From Bacteroidales bacterium (lineage in GTDB: Bacteria; Bacteroidota; Bacteroidia; Bacteroidales; WCHB1-69): a stretch of 64,000 bases of DNA. The position numbers and the translations under genes are program-made. The stretch is taken from positions 83,381-147,380 of the forward strand of contig JAKSMB010000003.1 in NCBI GenBank assembly GCA_024400875.1. Direction: 5' to 3'. Shown here piece by piece: positions 7,854-16,532 of the stretch. The notes beneath the pieces are model-generated. The model ran no database searches and had not been told where the DNA came from. It was given only the letters and a program-made list of their open reading frames with translations. The stretch's first letter is position 1, and the number at the start of each line of letters is the position of its first letter.

Positions 7854-8631
7854 TGATAAATGTTTTGCTTGTTATACGTCCAGAAGGGTCAAGATAAAAT
7901 AGTTGACTTTTCCCTATCCGAAATTGAGATGTTTTTTGATTGATGTCGATTCTTTGCAGTTCCATCGATGGAAATGTGTAGGCGAAGAGTTCATTTTCCT
8001 TCAGAAGAAGGAGCGTGTTGCCGTAGTATTGCATCTGGGAGATGTTTGGCATTGCGATTCTCTTATCGTATGTGCCATATTTGTCAAAAAGGAATATCCC
8101 ACAGGATGAATCTGCAAGAAGTATACTTTTGTCAAGCTGTGTTTCAATTACCGTGGGCCTGAATTCGGGCCCGAAATCACAAAATGTTTTGGTAAGAATG
8201 TTTAAATTTAGATCTGTGATGATCAGATTTTGGTTTACTTCGTCATATAAAGCCAATTGATTGGTGCCGGTCATGGCAACAAGAGAGATGGTGAATAAAT
8301 TGTGCTCAAAAAGATTTAAAGGATTGCCAATTGGAGCCAACTTGTTGTCAAGTAGTAGGATTATTCCAGATTCTTTGTAGAAAACGACAGTTTTTGAGGC
8401 GATGGATGCGCAAACAGAGGTGATTTCCCCATACTGCAATTGACTGAAGTGATAGGCAAGCTTGCCTGCGTTTGAATATTTGTCGAGTGATGATCCTTTC
8501 CAGCAGTATAGGTTTTCTTGAACGTCAGTGGTGAAATGATCGTAGGTGGTGCTATTAAAAGAAGGTCGCTCTTGTGCGGAAACCGTACAAAGAGCGACAA
8601 TACTTATGAATAACAGTAGGTGCTTCTTCAT
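7846..8631 (-). CDS. Exported hypothetical protein (261 aa, possibly beta-rich repeats)
   Basis: Signal peptide MKKHLLLFISIVALCTVSAQ. I recognise no motif. It is tightly coupled to both neighbours, with a 6-nt gap upstream and an 8-nt overlap downstream. Confidence 0.6.
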   Translation of the reverse strand: MKKHLLLFISIVALCTVSAQERPSFNSTTYDHFTTDVQENLYCWKGSSLDKYSNAGKLAYHFSQLQYGEITSVCASIASKTVVFYKESGIILLLDNKLAPIGNPLNLFEHNLFTISLVAMTGTNQLALYDEVNQNLIITDLNLNILTKTFCDFGPEFRPTVIETQLDKSILLADSSCGIFLFDKYGTYDKRIAMPNISQMQYYGNTLLLLKENELFAYTFPSMELQRIDINQKTSQFRIGKSQLFYLDPSGRITSKTFIID

Positions 8632-8637
8632 TGATTA

Positions 8638-10098
8638 TTAGAACTTACAACCAATGGTGGCAGCTACACGATGTGTTTCGTTTTTGATCATGTATGGATA
8701 ACTTCCTTGATATAAGGTGTAGTTATCAGAGGAGAATCTTAAAGCGTATGCCAGGTTGCAGAAGAAATATTTGCTTCTATAACCTATGCCAACGGAGGCT
8801 GTATGCGCAGAGGCATTGTATTCGTTGTCAACTAATTTATAAGGAGATGTTCTATAGTTGTAACCTAAGCGTACAAGGAATTTAGGATTTAGTGCAATTT
8901 CACCTCCTATCTTGATGGTGTGACAAGCAGCAAAAGTGTTCACAACATCTTGGTTGGCTTCATCAAAATAGAGCCAGTTGTTGTCGTTTATGTCGTTATT
9001 TGAGGCAATCAAGCGTGACATTCTATAGTCAATGAAATCATATTCAACAGCGATGAATGCACGTTGTTTGATGATAAATGAGGATGCAAGGTTGAATCTC
9101 AATGGAGTGCTCAGTCCGAATCGGTTGTAATTGATGTATTCATCGCTTGCATCGCTGCCAATGACCCATTGAGAAGCCATGTATCGATTGTAGGTGTCTT
9201 TGATTCTGAAGAAGTAAGATGGGGTTTGCAGTGAAGCACCTAGACGTAAGAAATTGACTGGCTGATAAATGATGCCTAACTTGGCGTTGATACCAGCACC
9301 GCTGTTCTTTTGAATGGTCTGAACTGTGTATGAGGTGCATCCTTGTATGTTGTTGTCATAGGTAGGAGATTCTTTGTAGCTCGTTTTTTCTGTGTAGTCA
9401 AGCACAGGAACTCCGATGCTACCACCAATGTAGAGTTGGTCGTTATAATTACCACCAAAGGTAAATGACATCTCGTCCATAGCTCCAGAAGTGGTGATAA
9501 TTGCATTTTGATCAAGCCATTCGCCACTCAATGGTGAGAAATATTGATTTGTAGTGCCTGGGATAGTGTCAATTAACCAGGTTTCCCAAGCCAAGTAAGC
9601 ATCACCTTGCAAGTTGGTGAAAGGTGTGCCATTTGCTCTATCTAAAATAGGGTCAATCATGGATATGGTACCAGACGTTGCCGCACGGAAAGAGTTGTTA
9701 TAGTCCATGATACGGTTGTACCCGAATCCAAATTGCCAGGTTTTCCAAGAGGAGTTGTTGATAGGTGTTGCAATGACTAATCCACATTCAGGAACAGTGT
9801 ATTTAGGAGAATGGCTACCTGTAAGAGTCCCATTGCTGCCCAGTGTTGTGTTGTTTGAAAATGAAAGGGCAAGGGGTGTGAATGTCACCTCGCTTCTTTT
9901 AAAAAGGCCGATGGCAGCCGGGTTTATACTTAGTGCGGAGAACTCGCCACCTGTGGCGCTGAAAGCACCGCCGGCACCCAAAAAACGTGCGGTACCTTGA
10001 TAATCAATCTGTGAGAATCGAAATGCTTCGTATGAACCTTGTCCAAACGCAAGGCAGATTGCAATGGTCAATATGATGGTTGATAGTATCTTTTTCAT
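8638..10098 (-). CDS. Outer-membrane beta-barrel protein, FadL/OmpP1-like
   Basis: Signal peptide ending AFGQ. GTARFLGAGGAFSATGGEFSALSINPAAIG resembles the G.GGA..A..D.sA...NPAgl N-terminal motif of FadL-family barrels. The sequence shows alternating beta-strand patterning and a C-terminal aromatic residue (...ATIGCKF). Confidence 0.65.
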   Translation of the reverse strand: MKKILSTIILTIAICLAFGQGSYEAFRFSQIDYQGTARFLGAGGAFSATGGEFSALSINPAAIGLFKRSEVTFTPLALSFSNNTTLGSNGTLTGSHSPKYTVPECGLVIATPINNSSWKTWQFGFGYNRIMDYNNSFRAATSGTISMIDPILDRANGTPFTNLQGDAYLAWETWLIDTIPGTTNQYFSPLSGEWLDQNAIITTSGAMDEMSFTFGGNYNDQLYIGGSIGVPVLDYTEKTSYKESPTYDNNIQGCTSYTVQTIQKNSGAGINAKLGIIYQPVNFLRLGASLQTPSYFFRIKDTYNRYMASQWVIGSDASDEYINYNRFGLSTPLRFNLASSFIIKQRAFIAVEYDFIDYRMSRLIASNNDINDNNWLYFDEANQDVVNTFAACHTIKIGGEIALNPKFLVRLGYNYRTSPYKLVDNEYNASAHTASVGIGYRSKYFFCNLAYALRFSSDNYTLYQGSYPYMIKNETHRVAATIGCKF

Positions 10099-10139
10099 TG
10101 TATTTTTTTTTATTTTATGATTTGTTATTCAAAGGTTTA

Positions 10140-11858
10140 CTATCTTCTGCTGTTGCCTCCGCTATGAGAGGAGGAACTGCTGTGTGAGTATGAGCTAGAG
10201 CCAGAATGAGAAGAACTAGAAGAACTTGGTCTTGAGTAAGAACTTGAACTGGAAGAACTCGGTCTAGAGTAAGAGCTTGAACTAGAAGAGCTTGGTCTTG
10301 AATATGAACTACTTGAAGAACTCGGTCTGGAATAAGAGCTTGAACTGGAAGAGCTTGGTCTTGAATAAGAGCTTGAACTGGACTGAGATGAACTTGTAGA
10401 ACTTGGTCTAGAATAGCTGCTTGAATTTGAGCTTGAAGAAGTTGGTCTATTGTAGTTGTTTGAATTGGTTCTTGCTGGAGTGGTTGTCGTCGTCGTTGGA
10501 CGGCTTGTTGTCGTTGTAGGACGATTGGCGTTAGTGTTGGCAGTAGGACGAGTTGTTGTCGTAGTTGTTGTAGGACGTGTGGTACTGTTTCCGTTTGTCG
10601 GACGAACCACGGTCGTCGTTGTAGCTGGACGGGTTGCCGTTGATGGATTTGTTGTTACTTGACGAGAAATTACAGTAGGCGTGTTGTTCTCTCGTGAAGT
10701 TGTGGTTATTGGCTTTGTCGTTGTCGTTGTGCTCGTTTGTCTCTGAGCCTGAGATGTTTGTCCGTTGACAAGTGTTGTGTTTGTTGGTTTTACAGTGGTA
10801 CTTGTCGGAGGAACGGAAGAACTTGTGGTGAGATTTCCCGTTTGTGGTTTATGGTTCTCAATTTTATTCATTGGCTTTGAGGTTTGCGCATTGGTGGCGG
10901 TAGCGGAGGTGGTATGATTTGTTACACCCGTGCTGGTTCCTGCATAGTTTGAAGCTAATGAATTGTATTGTTGATTGAATGAACTTGCAGCGGAAGATGT
11001 TGAAACAGAGTAACGGTTGTTGTTTTCGTTGTTTCCGTAGGTGTTGTTGCTATAGTCAACTGGACGATCTGCACGACCACCGTTTGTGGCATTTCCTACA
11101 GATGGTCCTAAGTTGTTTCTGTGACCATAATAGTAGGTGGAGTTGTGGTCATAGTTGTTGTGATAATAGTGTGCGGCATAGTCGTAGTCATGCCAGTGGT
11201 GATGATGGCCGTATGGATAGTCCCAACCATATCCGTAATGCCAATGATGTGGGTGGTGGTATGCCCAACCCCAGCCATAATGGAAACCATAGTCGTAGTA
11301 ACCACATCCATAATAATATGGACGATAATAGTAGCTTGGCCACATCCAGTTGTATCCCATGTAAATACTTAAACCCCAGGAGTTTGGATTGTAATCATAC
11401 CAGTACATGTTGGTGTAGTATGGGTCGTAGTAACTCCATCCTGTATAGTAGTTGGTGTGAAAACGACGCAAACGTGAGGTGTAATAGTAGTCGTAATAAT
11501 CGTCGTTGTCATAGTAGTTATTATAGTTGATGACGGTGGAACCTTCTCCATTAACCACCTCGTTTGAGTTGTAGTTGGAAGCGTTTGCATATTCGATAAC
11601 GGGTTCGCTAACGCCTGGATAATATGTTTTCGTGTCAATTAAATTGCCAGATTCGTCATATTCGTATACGATTGAGTCTGCCTGAAGTTGAGCTTGGTTG
11701 TTGCTGGAATTGCTGGCTTTGACTTGGTTGTTTGGTCTGGAATATTGTGCGCTTTGAGAAGACACGTAAATGTCATCATAATAAGCAAATGAGCCGGTGG
11801 AACAAGCGGCGAATAACAAGCTGGTTGCGGCTAAAAGGATTGGAAATAGTTTTTTCAT
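10140..11858 (-). CDS. Lipoprotein of extreme composition, with a Tyr/His/Trp-rich core and a Thr/Ser-rich tail carrying tandem YSRPSSSSSSS repeats (function unknown)
   Basis: MKKLFPILLAATSLLFAAC is a lipobox. The core includes YYDNDDYYDYYYTSRL...YYYRPYYYGCGYYDYGFHYGWGWAYHHPHHWHYGYGWDYPYGHHHHWHDYDYAAHYYHNNYDH. RPTTTT-type repeats follow, then six YSRPS(n) units. ATG 11858 is preferred over the upstream TTG at 11903 because the lipoprotein signal begins there. Confidence 0.7.
   Translation of the reverse strand: MKKLFPILLAATSLLFAACSTGSFAYYDDIYVSSQSAQYSRPNNQVKASNSSNNQAQLQADSIVYEYDESGNLIDTKTYYPGVSEPVIEYANASNYNSNEVVNGEGSTVINYNNYYDNDDYYDYYYTSRLRRFHTNYYTGWSYYDPYYTNMYWYDYNPNSWGLSIYMGYNWMWPSYYYRPYYYGCGYYDYGFHYGWGWAYHHPHHWHYGYGWDYPYGHHHHWHDYDYAAHYYHNNYDHNSTYYYGHRNNLGPSVGNATNGGRADRPVDYSNNTYGNNENNNRYSVSTSSAASSFNQQYNSLASNYAGTSTGVTNHTTSATATNAQTSKPMNKIENHKPQTGNLTTSSSVPPTSTTVKPTNTTLVNGQTSQAQRQTSTTTTTKPITTTSRENNTPTVISRQVTTNPSTATRPATTTTVVRPTNGNSTTRPTTTTTTTRPTANTNANRPTTTTSRPTTTTTTPARTNSNNYNRPTSSSSNSSSYSRPSSTSSSQSSSSSYSRPSSSSSSSYSRPSSSSSSYSRPSSSSSSSYSRPSSSSSSSYSRPSSSSSSHSGSSSYSHSSSSSHSGGNSRR
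10196..10440 (-). repeat. In-frame tandem repeat of 30-33 nt (about 6-7 units) encoding YSRPSSSSSSS
   Basis: The plus-strand motif ggtct(n)ga(r)ta recurs at 10228, 10261, 10294, 10324, 10357 and 10405, with spacings of 33, 33, 30, 33 and 48 nt. Intervening aagagcttgaactggaagagctt units are near-identical. Confidence 0.85.
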
Positions 11859-11979
11859 AATAAACCTCCTTATATCTTTTATTTTCGTACTTTTGCAAAA
11901 CAATTTAATGACGGCAAAAATAGTAAAAAGTTAAGTCTTTCAAGTAAAAAAAAGTTAATAATAAAATATAATAGAAACA

Positions 11980-13455
11980 ATGGCTAAGAATTTTACTACT
12001 CGTGAAGAGAGTTACTCCCAATGGTACAATGATATTGTAAAGAAGGCTGACCTTGCTGAAAATTCTTCAGTAAGAGGTTGTATGGTGATCAAACCCTACG
12101 GCTATGCGATCTGGGAAAAGGTGCAATCAACTTTGGATAAGATGTTTAAGGATACGGGACACGTTAATGCGTACTTCCCGATTTTTATCCCAAAATCATT
12201 CTTCAGTAGAGAAGCAAGTCACGTAGAGGGTTTTGCTAAGGAATGTGCTGTTGTTACTCACTATAGATTAAAGAATGATCCTAATGGTGGCGGCGTCGTT
12301 GTTGATCCAGAAGCTAAATTGGAAGAAGAACTGATTGTTCGTCCTACTTCTGAAACCATTATTTGGGATACCTATAAGAAATGGATCCAATCTTATCGCG
12401 ATCTTCCTATCCTTTGTAATCAATGGGCAAACGTGGTAAGATGGGAAATGCGTACACGTTTGTTCCTCCGTACTGCTGAGTTCTTGTGGCAAGAAGGTCA
12501 CACGGCTCACGCTACCAGAGAAGAGGCTGTCGCAGAAACAGAAAGAATGTTGCACGTATATGCAGACTTCGTAGAAAACTTCATGGCAATACCTGTTGTT
12601 CAAGGTGTTAAGTCTCCAAATGAACGCTTTGCTGGTGCTTTGGATACCTATTGTATTGAAGCATTGATGCAAGACGGTAAGGCTCTTCAAGCTGGTACAT
12701 CCCACTTCTTAGGTCAGAACTTTGCAAAAGCTTTTGACGTGAAGTTCTTGAACAAGGAAAATCAACAGGAGTATGTTTGGGCTACTTCATGGGGCGTTTC
12801 TACACGTTTGATTGGTGCGCTCATTATGACGCATTCAGATGATAATGGTTTGGTCCTTCCTCCAAATCTTGCTCCTATTCAAGTAGTTATCGTTCCTATT
12901 TACAAGAGCGAAGAACAACGTCAAGCTATTGCTGAAAAGGTTCAGCCTCTCGTTGAGCAATTGAAGGCAATGAATATCTCAGTTAAGTTTGATGATGATG
13001 ATAGCAAACGTTCTGGTTGGAAATTTAATGAATATGAATTGAAGGGCGTTCCTGTTCGCGTGGCTATTGGTCCTCGCGATTTGGAAAACAATAACGCAGA
13101 GGTTGCTCGCCGAGATACCCTTGAAAAAGAGGTGGTTTCATTCGACGGTATTGCTGAATACATTCAAAATCTTTTGAAAGATATTCAACAAAATCTGTTT
13201 AATAAAGCATTGAAATTCAGAGAAGAAAACACTCGTAAAGCGGACACTTGGGAGGAATTTGTTGACTTGCTTGATAACCATCCTGGTTTCGTTTATGCGC
13301 ACTGGGACGGCACTGCTGAAACGGAAGACAAGATTAAAGAGCTGACAAAAGCAACTATTCGTTGTATTCCTTTTAATAATCCGTTAGAAGAAGGTAAATG
13401 TATTTTGACAGGCAAACCTTCTAAACAACGTGTTCTCTTTGCAAGAGCTTATTAA
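11980..13455 (+). CDS. proS: Proline--tRNA ligase (archaeal/eukaryote-like type without an editing insertion)
   Basis: [15 protein letters not shown]...[49 protein letters not shown], and a C-terminal ...RVLFARAY ending in the conserved Tyr. Confidence 0.92.
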   Translation: MAKNFTTREESYSQWYNDIVKKADLAENSSVRGCMVIKPYGYAIWEKVQSTLDKMFKDTGHVNAYFPIFIPKSFFSREASHVEGFAKECAVVTHYRLKNDPNGGGVVVDPEAKLEEELIVRPTSETIIWDTYKKWIQSYRDLPILCNQWANVVRWEMRTRLFLRTAEFLWQEGHTAHATREEAVAETERMLHVYADFVENFMAIPVVQGVKSPNERFAGALDTYCIEALMQDGKALQAGTSHFLGQNFAKAFDVKFLNKENQQEYVWATSWGVSTRLIGALIMTHSDDNGLVLPPNLAPIQVVIVPIYKSEEQRQAIAEKVQPLVEQLKAMNISVKFDDDDSKRSGWKFNEYELKGVPVRVAIGPRDLENNNAEVARRDTLEKEVVSFDGIAEYIQNLLKDIQQNLFNKALKFREENTRKADTWEEFVDLLDNHPGFVYAHWDGTAETEDKIKELTKATIRCIPFNNPLEEGKCILTGKPSKQRVLFARAY

Positions 13456-13464
13456 TATATAACT

Positions 13465-14229
13465 ATGGATTCTCGTTTAGTAGCGTTCCAGCGCCTTCTG
13501 GATATCATGGACGAATTGCGTGCAAAGTGTCCATGGGATAGTGTGCAAACCTTTGAAACCCTCCGTTGTTTGACGATAGAGGAGACCTTTGAGTTGTCGG
13601 AAGCAATAGTTGAAAAGGATTATCAAGATATGTGTAAAGAGCTGGGTGACATTATGTTGCACCTTGTCTTCTATTCAAAGATTGCATCAGAACAGAAGCT
13701 CTTCGACATAGAGGAGGTCCTTAATCAGATATGTGAAAAACTGATTCGTCGTCATCCTCACATCTATGGGGAGTGTGAAGCACAGAATGCGCAGGAAGTT
13801 CATGAGAATTGGGAAAAGATAAAATTACAGAAGGAGGGCAATAGATCTGTACTGGGCGGCGTTCCTAAAAGCGCACCATCTATGATAAAGGCTTTCCGTA
13901 TTCAGGAAAAGGCTAACGGTGTTGGTTTTGATTGGGCAAATGCGGAGGATGTATGGGCTAAGGTGCAGGAGGAAATCGCAGAACTGAAGGCAGAGGTTGA
14001 TCAAAAGTCGGATAAGGTTGAAGATGAATTCGGTGATGTTCTTTTCTCATTAATAAACTATGCAAGATTTGTAAATGTGAATCCGGATGATGCTCTTGAG
14101 AAAACGAATAAGAAGTTCATCAAACGTTTTCAATATATTGAGGAAAAGGCTAAGATGTCTGGTCGTAAGTTGACAGATTTATCTTTAGACGAAATGGAAC
14201 AGTACTGGCAAGAAGCAAAAGGGTTGTAA
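13465..14229 (+). CDS. mazG: Nucleoside triphosphate pyrophosphohydrolase MazG
   Basis: LLDIMDELRAKCPWDSVQTFETLRCLTIEETFELSEAI, ELGDIMLHLVFY, RRHPHIYG, and a second MazG repeat EEFGDVLFSLINYARF. Confidence 0.9.
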   Translation: MDSRLVAFQRLLDIMDELRAKCPWDSVQTFETLRCLTIEETFELSEAIVEKDYQDMCKELGDIMLHLVFYSKIASEQKLFDIEEVLNQICEKLIRRHPHIYGECEAQNAQEVHENWEKIKLQKEGNRSVLGGVPKSAPSMIKAFRIQEKANGVGFDWANAEDVWAKVQEEIAELKAEVDQKSDKVEDEFGDVLFSLINYARFVNVNPDDALEKTNKKFIKRFQYIEEKAKMSGRKLTDLSLDEMEQYWQEAKGL

Positions 14230-14253
14230 GCAGAGTGAAAATTGAATAATAAT

Positions 14254-16176
14254 ATGTATAATTATAAAATAGTATATATAATATTAATGTCAATATTTAT
14301 CTCCTTTACGGGGATGGCTCAGAAATCTTCAAAAGCTGCTGCTATTTGTCAGAAAGCAGAGCAATGTATCAATGCCCGCGACTTTGATAAGGCATTAACT
14401 CTGCTTCGTCAAGCTAAGTTGAAAGACCCTTCTTATGCAGATACCTATGTTTTGATGGGCGATGTCTTCAATTTCACTTTGATGTCTGACTCTGCGTTGA
14501 AATGTTATAATCGTGCAATTGATTTGATAGGAAATCCTGATCCAATGCTCTATTTTATAGCTGCAGGAGAGGGAGTGAAATGTGGGCAATATGAAAATGC
14601 ACTGAAAAACTACGAGAATTTCATGCTTAAGGGTTTACAGTATACGGATGTTTTGGCCGATGCACAAAAGGCAATTGCGAATTGTAAATTCGCAATTGAG
14701 GCAATGAAACATCCCGTTACATTCCAGATGGAGAACTTAGGCCCGAATGTCAATTCAGAGTGGGATGAATCATTAGCAGCTATCACTGCCGATGACGAAC
14801 AACTGGTTTTCACGGTGAATCGTCCCAAAGACAATAAAACCATTTGCGCATTCTGCCTCAATGAGGAAGATTTGTATTACTCTACAAAGAAAAATGGTGA
14901 ATGGATGAGTCGACAAGCCATAGGCTCTCCTATTAAAACCGGCTATAACGAGGGTGCTCAATGTCTGTCTCCTGATGGCACCTACTTGCTTTATACTATG
15001 TGCAATGCTGATTTTGGAATGGGTAGTTGCGATCTTTATTGGTCAAAACGAATGGGTGACAAGTGGTCCCGACCACGAAATTTTGGCGCACCAGTTAATA
15101 CTGCAGCCTGGGAATCTCAACCTACAATGGCAGCTGATGGCAAAACTATCTATTTTGTTTCTTCTCGCCCGGGTGGGTTTGGAGGAATGGATATTTGGAA
15201 AACGACGATGACTGCAGAGGGTGCATTTACGGCCCCTGAAAATCTGGGTGCATCAATCAATACTCCAGGTGATGATGCGGCTCCGTTTATTCATAGCGAT
15301 GGTCGTACCTTGTATTTTGCTTCCAATGGACGCGTAGGAATGGGAGGTTATGATCTCTACTATGCTACATTGCAAGATGATGGAACTTGGAGCGAACCAA
15401 AGAATCTGGGTTATCCAATAAACACCTCTGCTGATGAAATTAACATTTTTATTAATGCAGCTGGTACCACGGCCTATATGGCATCCGATAAGTCTGGGGG
15501 CTATGGTGGCTTGGATTTGTATAGCTTTGAATTGGCAGAAGAACTTAGACCAAACCCTGTTACGTATATTAAGGGTAGAGTGGTGGATGCCGAAAGTGGT
15601 TTGCCATTGGCCTCAACAATAGAGATGCTCGATCTTGAAAGTAAAGAATTACTTACCAAGACCAATTCAGATGCAACTACAGGTGAGTACTTGGCGTGCA
15701 TACATACAGGTAGTAATGTTATGCTTAACGTATCTAATCCTGGATACCCGTTCTACTCGGAGAATTTCCAATTAGAGAAATCATACACAGAACTATCCCC
15801 GTATCGTAAAGATATTCGATTGAAGCCAGCGGAGGTTGGAACAGCTTTCATCTTGAAGAATATCTTCTTCGATTTCAATCAAAGCCAGTTGAAAGAAGAG
15901 TCCTTCTTGGAGTTGGACCGTCTTGTTGAATATCTGAAGCACAACAATGTGAAGATTGAGATCGGAGGACATACCGATGATCAGGGTACGGACGATTATA
16001 ATGATAAGTTGTCACATAATCGTGCGAAGGCAGTTTACGATTACATTATCCAGAAAGGTATCCCAGTTGATCGACTGAGTTATAAAGGTTATGGAAAACG
16101 CAAGCCTATTGCCGATAATTCAACAGAGGTTGGACGAGCCGCTAACCGCCGGACTGAATTTATAATAGTAAAGTAA
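14254..16176 (+). CDS. OmpA-family protein with the PorE domain order (TPR, PD40/TolB-like beta-propeller, carboxypeptidase-regulatory-like domain, OmpA_C)
   Basis: N-terminal TPR-like helices. Repeated PD40-type motifs follow (LSPDGTYLLYT, MAADGKTIYFVSSRPGGFGGMDIW, HSDGRTLYFASNGRVGMGGYDLY, GTTAYMASDKSGGYGGLDLY). Then IKGRVVDAESGLPLASTIE (CarboxypepD_reg-like) and OmpA_C (NIFFDFNQSQL...IGGHTDDQGTDDYNDKLSHNRAKAV...NRRTEFIIV). An alternative TTG start lies at 14242. Confidence 0.8.
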   Translation: MYNYKIVYIILMSIFISFTGMAQKSSKAAAICQKAEQCINARDFDKALTLLRQAKLKDPSYADTYVLMGDVFNFTLMSDSALKCYNRAIDLIGNPDPMLYFIAAGEGVKCGQYENALKNYENFMLKGLQYTDVLADAQKAIANCKFAIEAMKHPVTFQMENLGPNVNSEWDESLAAITADDEQLVFTVNRPKDNKTICAFCLNEEDLYYSTKKNGEWMSRQAIGSPIKTGYNEGAQCLSPDGTYLLYTMCNADFGMGSCDLYWSKRMGDKWSRPRNFGAPVNTAAWESQPTMAADGKTIYFVSSRPGGFGGMDIWKTTMTAEGAFTAPENLGASINTPGDDAAPFIHSDGRTLYFASNGRVGMGGYDLYYATLQDDGTWSEPKNLGYPINTSADEINIFINAAGTTAYMASDKSGGYGGLDLYSFELAEELRPNPVTYIKGRVVDAESGLPLASTIEMLDLESKELLTKTNSDATTGEYLACIHTGSNVMLNVSNPGYPFYSENFQLEKSYTELSPYRKDIRLKPAEVGTAFILKNIFFDFNQSQLKEESFLELDRLVEYLKHNNVKIEIGGHTDDQGTDDYNDKLSHNRAKAVYDYIIQKGIPVDRLSYKGYGKRKPIADNSTEVGRAANRRTEFIIVK

Positions 16177-16183
16177 TAATAAA

Positions 16184-16210
16184 ATCCCTTCGTTTCGAAG
16201 GGATTTTTTG
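16184..16210 (+). terminator. Rho-independent terminator
   Basis: Hairpin atcccttcg-ttt-cgaagggat followed by T6. Confidence 0.8.
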
Positions 16211-16419
16211 TTATAAAAGAATTAGGTGTTTTTTTAAGACTATTTTGTTGATAAAGTAGACGACCATATATAATATAACGTGCTGATTTAAAATAATATG
16301 AAATAAAGTTTCACACCGATAAAGCGAAGAAAATGAAAGAAATCCGCTGATTTGAAGGTCTGTTGGTTGAAAAAAAACCAAAAAAAAGTAAAATGGGAAA
16401 TAATTGTAAAAAAAAAATG

Positions 16420-16427
16420 TATTTTTG
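16420..16427 (+). promoter_or_regulatory. -7 promoter box TATTTTTG upstream of the giant gene
   Basis: Matches TAnnTTTG. It is preceded by an A10 tract (16408-16417) and leaves a ~100-nt AT-rich leader before the ATG at 16533. Confidence 0.5.
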
Positions 16428-16532
16428 CAAGTTGTTTATTTAGTATAGTGTATTATAATGTATAATCTTAAAAAACAAACTGTTATAGGAAAAAACGAAT
16501 AAAATAATTTATAACAAACTAAAAATTAAAGT

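Noticed and set aside
10196-10700. Regularly spaced repeats that could superficially resemble a CRISPR or minisatellite array.
   Set aside because: The units are contiguous with no unique spacers, they are in frame, and they encode the Ser/Thr-rich tail of a lipoprotein. No cas genes are present.
10456-11638. Plus-strand ORFs 10456-10662, 10979-11530 and 11121-11372, and alternative minus-frame ORFs 11108-11311 and 11369-11638.
   Set aside because: These are compositional artefacts of the Tyr/His/Thr-rich coding region. Only the 10140-11858 frame has an export signal and a coherent architecture.
16177-16532. Invertible (phase-variable) promoter upstream of the giant gene.
   Set aside because: I found no pair of inverted repeats flanking the -7 box, and the window has no site-specific recombinase gene. 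Only the homopolymer tract is retained as a weak finding.
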